Source: Antedon mediterranea
Lineage: Eukaryota > Animalia > Echinodermata
DNA: 64,000 nt
Assembly (NCBI RefSeq): GCF_964355755.1
Contig: NC_092677.1
Location: forward strand, 20,668,101-20,732,100
Reading direction: 5' to 3'
In this document: positions 14,789 to 23,853 of the stretch, piece after piece
How the letters are laid out: each line of letters starts with the position of its first letter
How positions within the stretch are numbered: the first letter of the stretch is position 1
Translations under genes and position numbers: made by a program
Notes under the pieces: generated by a model
Told to the model about the DNA's origin: nothing
What the model saw: only the letters and a program-made list of their open reading frames with translations
Database searches by the model: none

Positions 14789-14792
14789 TTAA
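14789..14792. other. TTAA target site, left copy
   Basis: Empty sites in equivalent monomers read AAAATAGCTTAATATCG with a single TTAA (e.g. 9431-9447). Confidence 0.93.
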
Positions 14793-14810
14793 AGTGGAGC
14801 TCCACCCAGA
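14793..14810 (+). repeat. Left terminal inverted repeat AGTGGAGCTCCACCCAGA
   Basis: The reverse complement of 16173-16190 is AGTGGAGCTACACTCAGA, 16/18 identical with the first 9 nt perfect. Confidence 0.95.
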
Positions 14811-15080
14811 AAATTACTATATTTCATACATTTCAACTATTATTTAAAAATATCATCCCTTATACTTCATATTTTTTTTAAATTTTTTTCAATGAGTACG
14901 ATTTTCTTGAAAATCACGCCTTTTTGCGTTTTGGGGGGATACCTTGTAATTTCCTATTCTTTTACATGCAAAAGGGGGGTATATTTGAATAATCCTAAAA
15001 AATTCATTTCTTCACCAAAAAAAAAATGTAAAATGTATATTTATGTAATTTTTCCAGATCTTTCTATTTCTGGTATTTTT

Positions 15081-15250
15081 ATCACGTATACATTGCGCAA
15101 TTTTGCGTAAATAGACACTTTCCCCCGTTCGGGTCCAATTGGGTTTTTTATTTTGCTAGGGAGTACGATCACGTGACATTTTTCACAATCACACTACTGC
15201 AGCTGGCGATCTGTTATTTTGTCGCGATGTTATTTTTGACGGGCGAAAAG
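15081..15250. promoter_or_regulatory. CpG-enriched cluster of transcription-factor-like palindromes in the left part of the element (possible relic promoter)
   Basis: ATTGCGCAAT (15092-15101, canonical C/EBP palindrome), TTGCGTAA (15103-15110, bZIP-like), CCAATTGG (15135-15142), ATCACGTGAC (15168-15177, USF/MiT-TFE-type E-box) and GGGCGAAA (15241-15248, E2F-like). These are motif matches only, with no functional evidence. Confidence 0.4.
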
Positions 15251-15373
15251 TATATTAAAACATTCTGAATGTGAGCCTATTATGTTTCACAGTGTAATAA
15301 TGTGATTATGAGACTATTACTAAAATGTCAAATTTAACGAGATTTGAGAAAGATGTGGCTATATATTCAATAA

Positions 15374-15853
15374 AGCTAGGCCTAGGCCTACTAGAGTGTA
15401 GGTATCATATGTACCGATGCTGCTTAGAGTGGCTTGGCCTCAGGCTCTAGCTAGGCTAGGCTGACAGCAGTGAAGTTTGTTTTGCTGTCACCCGACCTTG
15501 GCCTACCCATGGGCCATGATAGGCTGCCTGAATAGTTGCTTTTCAGTCAGGTGTAAGCTTGCACATCGCTTTACTATTCTTTACTACTCTTGTTCTGTAT
15601 AGGATTTTGTGTTTCACAATTCTTAATATGCGAGAAAACCCAGGAACGATAAATGGGGCGAAACGACCATGCCTATGAATACATAGGCCTCTAAAGGCTA
15701 GCTAGGCTGAGCAGACAGCTTAGCTAGGCCTAGCCCTAGCTTAAAGTTAAAAGCAATCTGATAAGATTATAATGCTGTTGTTGTACAGTGAAAATCATGA
15801 GGTTACATGTAAATTATACTGACATTCTTATCGGAAATATTACTTAGGCCTAA
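15374..15853. other. TAGGC/CTAG/AGGCCT-rich low-complexity palindromic tracts inside the element
   Basis: TAGGCCTAGGCCTA (15377-15390), GCTAGGCCTAGC (15723-15734) and TTAGGCCTAA (15844-15853) are perfect palindromes. AGCTAGGCCTAG occurs at 15374 and 15722, and TAGCTAGGCT at 15448 and 15699. Confidence 0.8.
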
Positions 15854-16172
15854 ACAAATCGTATTAATTGTGTGTATAATAAGTAAAATTTATTCCCCAT
15901 TTTTCGACACATAATTTATCAAAGGGAAGAAATTTCCACAATGCGTTGACCAGCGGCTAAAACGCGTCAGTCGCTAAGTGTAACGCGTTTCGCGACGTAT
16001 TGTAAACTAATAACCTCTAAGTTACTGAAAAACTGTAATTTGTTAAAAAACACTATTTTCTGACCGATTTTTTAGAAATGAGTTTTTGGAAAATATTTCC
16101 GTATTTTTCCTGTTTTTTATTATGTAATCACTTTCAATTAAACATACTTAAACATAATATAAGCTGAGAAAG

Positions 16173-16190
16173 TCTGAGTGTAGCTCCACT
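16173..16190 (-). repeat. Right terminal inverted repeat TCTGAGTGTAGCTCCACT
   Basis: Inverted match to 14793-14810, directly followed by TTAA. Confidence 0.95.
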
Positions 16191-16194
16191 TTAA
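16191..16194. other. TTAA target site, right copy
   Basis: Second TTAA, followed by TATCGTATTTAAAAACG, which completes the interrupted monomer. Confidence 0.93.
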
Positions 16195-18779
16195 TATCGT
16201 ATTTAAAAACGTTTTAGACCATTTTGAGCATTTCGAAAAAACTTTTCCACACCAAACATCAAAGTTTACAAAATAGCTTCAAATCGCATTTGGAGACGTT
16301 TTAGACCATTTTGTGATTTTCGAAAAAACTTGTTAACATAAAAACACCAAAGTGCTCAGAATACCTTCAAATCGCATTTGGAGACGTTTTAGACCCTTTT
16401 GTGCATTTCGATGAAACTTGGTTACACAAAAACATCAAAGTGCTTAAAATCACATTAGAAACCGTTTTAGACCATTTTGAGCATTTCGTTAAAATTTGTC
16501 ACAGAAAAACATCAAAGAGCAAAAAATATCTTAATATCGTATTTAAAAACGTTTTAGACCATTTTGAGCATTTCGACAAAACTTTTTCACACAAAACATC
16601 AAAGTGTACAAAATAGCTTCAAATCGCATTTGGAGACGTTTTAACCCATTTTGAGCATTTCGATAAAATTTTACACACAAAAACATCAAAGTGCACAAAA
16701 TAGCTTAATATGGTATTTAAAAACGTTTTAGACCATTTTGAGCATTTCAACAAAACTTTTTCTCACAAAACATCAAAGTGTACAGAATAGCTTCAAATTT
16801 CATTTGGAGACGTTTTAGACTTTTTTGTGCATTTCGATGAAACTTGGTTACACAAAAACATCAAAGTGCTTAAAATCACATTTTGAGCATTTCGTTAAAA
16901 CTTTTCACACAAAAACATCAAAGTCCACAAAATAGCTTAATATCGTATTTAAAAACGTTTTAGACCATTTTGAGCATTTCGAAAAAACTTTTCCACACAA
17001 AACATCAAAGTTTACAAAATAGCTTCAAATCGCATTTGGAGACGTTTTAGACCATTTTGTGATTTTCGAAAAAACTTGATAACATAAAAACACCAAAGTG
17101 CTCAGAATACCTTCAAATCGTGTTTTGAGACGTTTTAGACCATTTTGTAATTTTCGAAAAAACTTGTTAACATAAAAACACCAAAGTGCTCAGAATACCT
17201 TCACATCGCATTTTGAGACGTTTTAGACCATTTTGTGATTTTCGAAAAAACTTGTTAACATAAAAACACCAAAGTGCTTAGAAAAGCTTGAAATCGCATT
17301 TGGAGACGTTTTAGACCATTTTGTGCATTTCGATGAAACTTGGTTACACAAAAACATCAAAGTGCTTAAAATCACATTTTGAGCATTTCGTTAAAACTTT
17401 TCACACAAAAACATCAAAGAGTAAAAAATAGCTTAATATCGTATTTAAAAACGTTTTAGACCATTTTGAGCATTTCGACAAAATTTTTTCACACAAAACA
17501 TCAAAGTGTACAGAATAGCTTTAAATCGCATTTGGAGACGTTTTAGACCATTTTGTTCATTTCGATGAAACAAAAAAACAAAAACATCAAATTGCACAAA
17601 ATGGCTTAATATGATATGGGAAAACGTTTTAGACCATTTTGAACATTTCGTTAAAAGTTTTCACACAAAAACATCAAAGTCCACAAAATAGCTTAATATC
17701 GTATTTAAAAACGTTTTAGACCATTTTGAGCATTTCGAAAAAACTTTTTCACACAAAACATCAAAGTTTACAAAATAGCTTCAAATCGCATTTGGAGACG
17801 TTATAGACCATTTTGTGATTTTCGAAAAAACTTGTTAACATAAAAACACCAAAGTGCTCAGAATACCTTCAAATCGCATTTTGAGACGTTTTAGACCATT
17901 TTGTGATTTTCGAAAAAACTTGTTAACATAAAAACACCAAAGTGCTCAGAATCGTGTTTTGAGACGTTTTAGACCATTTTGTGATTTTCGAAAAAACTTG
18001 TTAACATAAAAACACCAAAGTGCTCAGAATACCTTCAAATCGCATTTTGAGACGTTTTAGACCATTTTGTGATTTTCGAAAAAACTTGTTAACATAAAAA
18101 CACCAAAGTGCTCAGAATACCTTCAAATCGTGTTTTGAGACGTTTTAGACCATTTTGTGATTTTCGAAAAAACTTGTTAACATAAAAACACCAAAGTGCT
18201 CAGAATACCTTCAAATCGCATTTTGAGACGTTTTAGACCATTTTGTGATTTTCGAAAAAACTTGTTAACATAAAAACACCAAAGTGCTCAGAATACCTTC
18301 AAATCGTGTTTTGAGACGTTTTAGACCATTTTGTAATTTTCGAAAAAACTTGTTAACATAAAAACACCAAAGTGCTTAGAAAAGCTTCAAATCGCATTTG
18401 GAGACGTTTTAGACCATTTTGTTCATTTCGATGAAACTTGGTTACACAAAAACATCAAAGAGCACAAAAGATCTTAATATCGTATTTAAAAACGTTTTAG
18501 ACCATTTTGAGCATTTCGAAAAAACTTTTTCACACAAAACATCAAAGTGTACAAAATAGCTTCAAATCGCATTTTGAGACGTTTTAGACAATTTTGTGAT
18601 TTTCGAAAAAACTTGTTTACATAAAAACACCAAAGTGCTTAGAAAAGCTTCAAATCGCATTTGGAGACGTTTTAAACCATTTTGTTCATTTCGATGAAAC
18701 TTGGTTACACAAAAACATCAAAGAGCACAAAAGTATTTAAAAACGTTTTAGACCATTTTGAGCATTCCGTCAAAACTTT

Positions 18780-21700
18780 TTCACACAAAACATCAAAGTG
18801 TACAGAATAGCTTTAAATCGCATTTGGAGACGTTTTAGACCATTTTGTAGTTTTCGAAAAAACTTGTTAACATAAAAACACAAAAGAGCTTCAAATCGCA
18901 TTTGGAGACGTTTTAGACCCTTTTGTGCATTTCGATGAAACTTGGTTACACAAAAACATCGAAGTGCTTAAAATCACATTAGAAACCGTTTTAGACCATT
19001 TTGAGCATTTCGTTAAAACTTTTCACACAAAAACATCAAAGTCCACAAAATAGCTTAATATGGTATTTAAAAACGTTTTAGAACATTTTGAGCATTTCAA
19101 CAAAACTTTTTCTCACAAAACATCAAAGTGTACAGAATAGCTTCAAATCGAATTTGGAGACGTTTTAGACCATTTTGTGCATTTCGATGAAACTTGGTTA
19201 CACAAAAACATCAAAGTGCTTAAAATCACATTTTGAGCATTTCGTTAAAACTTTTCACACAAAAACATCAAAGAGTAAAAAATAGCTTAATATCGTATTT
19301 AAAAACGTTTTAGACCATTTTGAGCATTTCGACAAAATTTTTTCACACAAAACATCAAAGTGTACAGAATAGCTTTAAATCGCATTTGGAGACGTTTTAG
19401 ACCATTTTGTTAATTTCGATGAAACAAAAACACAAAAACATCAAATTGCACAAAATGGCTTAATATGATATGGGAAAACGTTTTAGACCATTTTGAACAT
19501 TTCGTTAAAAGTTTTCACACAAAAACATCAAAGTCCACAAAATAGCTTAACATCGTATTTAAAAACGTTTTAGACCATTTTGAGCATTTCGAAAAAACTT
19601 TTTCACACAAAACATCAAAGTTTACAAAATAGCTTCAAATCGCATTTGGAGACGTTTTAGACCATTTTGTGATTTTCGAAAAAACTTGTTAACATAAAAA
19701 CACCAAAGTGCTCAGAAAAGCTTCAAATCGCATTTGGAGACGTTTTAAACCATTTTGTTCATTTCGATGAAACTTGGTTACACAAAAACATCAAAGAGCA
19801 CAAAAGTATTTAAAAACGTTTTAGACCATTTTGAGCATTCCGACAAAACTTTTTCACACAAAACATCAAAGTGTACAGAATAGCTTTAAATCGCATTTGG
19901 AGACGTTTTAACCCATTTTGAGCATTTCGATAAAATTTTACAAACAAAAACATCAAAGTGCACAAAATAGCTTAATATGGTATTTAAAAACGTTTTAGAC
20001 CATTTTGAGCATTTCAACAAAACTTTTTCTCACAAAACATCAAAGTGTACAGAATAGCTTCAAATCGTATTTGGAGACGTTTTAGACCATTTTGTGCATT
20101 TCGATGAAACTTGGTTACACAAAAACATCAAAGTGCTTAAAATCACATTTTGAGCATTTCGTTAAAACTTTTCACACAAAAACATCAAAGTCCACAAAAT
20201 AGCTTAATATCGTATTTAAAAACGTTTTAGACCATTTTGAGCATTTCGAAAAAACTTTTCCACACAAAACTTCAAAGTTTACAAAATAGCTTCAAATCGC
20301 ATTTGGAGACGTTTTAGACCATTTTGTGATTTTCGTAAAAACTTGTTAACATAAAAACACCAAAGTGCTTAGAAAAGCTTCAAATCGCATTTGGAGACGT
20401 TTTAGACCATTTTGTGCATTTCGATGAAACTTGGTTACACAAAAACATCAAAGTGCTTAAAATCACATTTTGAACATTTCGTTAAAAGTTTTCACACAAA
20501 AACATCAAAGAGTAAAAAATAGCTTAATATCGTATTTAAAAACGTTTTAGACCATTTTGAGCATTTCGAAAAAACTTTTCCACACAAAACATCAAAGTTT
20601 ACAAAATAGCTTCAAATCGCATTTGGAGACGTTTTAGACCATTTTGTGATTTTCGAAAAAACTTGTTAACATAAAAACACCAAAGTGCTCAGAATACCTT
20701 CAAATCGCATTTGGAGACGTTTTAGACCATTTTGTTCATTTCGATGAAACAAAAACACAAAAACATCAAATTGCACAAAATGGCTTAATATGATATGGGA
20801 AAACGTTTTAGACCATTTTGAACATTTCGTTAAAAGTTTTCACACAAAAACATCAAAGTCCACAAAATAGCTTAATATCGTATTTAAAAACGTTTTAGAC
20901 CATTTTGAGCATTTCGAAAAAACTTTTCCACACAAAACATCAAAGTTTACAAAATAGCTTCAAATCGCTTTTGGAGACGTTTTAGACCATTTTGTGATTT
21001 TCGAAAAAACTTGTTAACATAAAAACACAAAAGTGCTCAGAATACTTTCAAATCGCATTTGGAGACGTTTTAGACCATTTTGTGATTTTCGAAAAAACTT
21101 GTTTACATAAAAACACCAAAGTGCTTAGAAAAGCTTCAAATCGCATTTGGAGACGTTTTAAACCATTTTGTTCATTTCGATGAAACTTGGTTACACAAAA
21201 ACATCAAAGAGCACAAAAGTATTTAAAAACGTTTTAGACCATTTTGTGCATTCCGACAAAACTTTTTCACACAAAACATCAAAGTGTACAGAATAGCTTT
21301 AAATCGCATTTGGAGACGTTTTAGACCATTTTGTAGTTTTCGAAAAAACTTGTTAACATAAAAACACAAAAGAGCTTCAAATCGCATTTGGAGACGTTTT
21401 AGACCCTTTTGTGCATTTCGATGAAACTTGGTTACACAAAAACATCGAAGTGCTTAAAATCACATTAGAAACCGTTTTAGACCATTTTGAGCATTTCGTT
21501 AAAACTTTTCACACAAAAACATCAAAGTCCACAAAATAGCTTAATATGGTATTTAAAAACGTTTTAGAACATTTTGAGCATTTCAACAAAACTTTTTCTC
21601 ACAAAACATCAAAGTGTACAGAATAGCTTCAAATCGAATTTGGAGACGTTTTAGACCATTTTGTGCATTTCGATGAAACTTGGTTACACAAAAACATCAA

Positions 21701-23853
21701 AGTGCTTAAAATCACATTTTGAGCATTTCGTTAAAACTTTTCACACAAAAACATCAAAGAGTAAAAAATAGCTTAATATCGTATTTAAAAACGTTTTAGA
21801 CCATTTTGAGCATTTCGACAAAATTTTTTCACACAAAACATCAAAGTGTACAGAATAGCTTTAAATCGCATTTGGAGACGTTTTAGACCATTTTGTTAAT
21901 TTCGATGAAACAAAAACACAAAAACATCAAATTGCACAAAATGGCTTAATATGATATGGGAAAACGTTTTAGACCATTTTGAACATTTCGTTAAAAGTTT
22001 TCACACAAAAACATCAAAGTCCACAAAATAGCTTAACATCGTATTTAAAAACGTTTTAGACCATTTTGAGCATTTCGAAAAAACTTTTTCACACAAAACA
22101 TCAAAGTTTACAAAATAGCTTCAAATCGCATTTGGAGACGTTTTAGACCATTTTGTGATTTTCGAAAAAACTTGTTAACATAAAAACACCAAAGTGCTCA
22201 GAAAAGCTTCAAATCGCATTTGGAGACGTTTTAAACCATTTTGTTCATTTCGATGAAACTTGGTTACACAAAAACATCAAAGAGCACAAAAGTATTTAAA
22301 AACGTTTTAGACCATTTTGAGCATTCCGACAAAACTTTTTCACACAAAACATCAAAGTGTACAGAATAGCTTTAAATCGCATTTGGAGACGTTTTAACCC
22401 ATTTTGAGCATTTCGATAAAATTTTACAAACAAAAACATCAAAGTGCACAAAATAGCTTAATATGGTATTTAAAAACGTTTTAGACCATTTTGAGCATTT
22501 CAACAAAACTTTTTCTCACAAAACATCAAAGTGTACAGAATAGCTTCAAATCGTATTTGGAGACGTTTTAGACCATTTTGTGCATTTCGATGAAACTTGG
22601 TTACACAAAAACATCAAAGTGCTTAAAATCACATTTTGAGCATTTCGTTAAAACTTTTCACACAAAAACATCAAAGTCCACAAAATAGCTTAATATCGTA
22701 TTTAAAAACGTTTTAGACCATTTTGAGCATTTCGAAAAAACTTTTCCACACAAAACTTCAAAGTTTACAAAATAGCTTCAAATCGCATTTGGAGACGTTT
22801 TAGACCATTTTGTGATTTTCGTAAAAACTTGTTAACATAAAAACACCAAAGTGCTTAGAAAAGCTTCAAATCGCATTTGGAGACGTTTTAGACCATTTTG
22901 TGCATTTCGATGAAACTTGGTTACACAAAAACATCAAAGTGCTTAAAATCACATTTTGAACATTTCGTTAAAAGTTTTCACACAAAAACATCAAAGAGTA
23001 AAAAATAGCTTAATATCGTATTTAAAAACGTTTTAGACCATTTTGAGCATTTCGAAAAAACTTTTCCACACAAAACATCAAAGTTTACAAAATAGCTTCA
23101 AATCGCATTTGGAGACGTTTTAGACCATTTTGTGATTTTCGAAAAAACTTGTTAACATAAAAACACCAAAGTGCTCAGAATACCTTCAAATCGCATTTGG
23201 AGACGTTTTAGACCATTTTGTTCATTTCGATGAAACAAAAACACAAAAACATCAAATTGCACAAAATGGCTTAATATGATATGGGAAAACGTTTTAGACC
23301 ATTTTGAACATTTCGTTAAAAGTTTTCACACAAAAACATCAAAGTCCACAAAATAGCTTAATATCGTATTTAAAAACGTTTTAGACCATTTTGAGCATTT
23401 CGAAAAAACTTTTCCACACAAAACATCAAAGTTTACAAAATAGCTTCAAATCGCTTTTGGAGACGTTTTAGACCATTTTGTGATTTTCGAAAAAACTTGT
23501 TAACATAAAAACACAAAAGTGCTCAGAATACTTTCAAATCGCATTTGGAGACGTTTTAGACCATTTTGTGATTTTCGAAAAAACTTGTTTACATAAAAAC
23601 ACCAAAGTGCTTAGAAAAGCTTCAAATCGCATTTGGAGACGTTTTAAACCATTTTGTTCATTTCGATGAAACTTGGTTACACAAAAACATCAAAGAGCAC
23701 AAAAGTATTTAAAAACGTTTTAGACCATTTTGTGCATTCCGACAAAACTTTTTCACACAAAACATCAAAGTGTACAGAATAGCTTTAAATCGCATTTGGA
23801 GACGTTTTAGACCATTTTGTAGTTTTCGAAAAAACTTGTTAACATAAAAACAC
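18780..23853. repeat. Tandem 2486-bp duplication inside the second V block
   Basis: Variants recur at an offset of 2486: CATCGAAG (18961/21447), AAACTTCAAAG (20271/22757), TCGCTTTTGG (20966/23452) and AATACTTTC (about 21046/23532). Confidence 0.92.

Larger units (their letters stand above)
1..14792. repeat. Satellite DNA array, 87-88 bp AT-rich monomer (left arm, runs off the window start)
   Basis: The anchor CGTTTTAGACCATTTTG (or a 1-nt variant) recurs at 83, 170, 257, 345, 433, 521, 609, 697, 784, 871, 959 and onward, with spacings of 87-88 bp. Typical monomer: CGTTTTAGACCATTTTGTGATTTTCGAAAAAACTTGTTAACATAAAAACACCAAAGTGCTCAGAATACCTTCAAATCGCATTTTGAGA. Shortened variants of 76 and 78 bp and a fused 145-bp unit also recur. 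Confidence 0.99.
14793..16190. mobile_element. Non-autonomous class II DNA transposon (MITE-like, 1398 bp), probably Kolobok superfamily
   Basis: Non-satellite sequence interrupts the monomer motif AAAATAGC-TTAA-TATCGT, with TTAA on both sides (14789-14792 and 16191-16194). TIRs match at 16/18 positions and the termini are 5'-AG...CT-3'. A TTAA target with RR...YY ends is the established Kolobok/T2-MITE signature, whereas piggyBac has a TTAA target with CC...GG-type ends. There is no transposase-length ORF. The insertion itself is near certain; the superfamily call rests on the ends only. Confidence 0.88.
9381..21366. repeat. Two tandem copies of a 5350-bp block (block V) with the transposon at their junction
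   Basis: 9439 aligns with 16191; the offset 6752 equals 5350 plus 1402 (element plus one TTAA). Shared rare variants include TTCCACACCAAAC, AATTTGTCACAG, AAAATATCTT, GTTATAGACC, CATCGAAG and GCTTAACATCG. About ten substitutions were seen by eye between the copies. A third, partial copy begins at about 25237. Confidence 0.92.

Noticed and set aside
14892-15110. 72-aa ORF inside the element
   Set aside because: It lies in AT-rich subterminal DNA with homopolymer runs, shows no transposase, THAP or KolX motif, and is too short to be credible.
14793-16190. piggyBac assignment based on the TTAA target
   Set aside because: The termini are AG...CT rather than the CC...GG type typical of piggyBac, so Kolobok fits better.
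14793-16190. tRNA, SINE, LTR or Helitron identity for the insert
   Set aside because: No cloverleaf, Pol III A/B boxes, terminal poly(A), TG...CA ends or TC...CTRR ends were seen. TIRs with TTAA flanks explain the boundaries.
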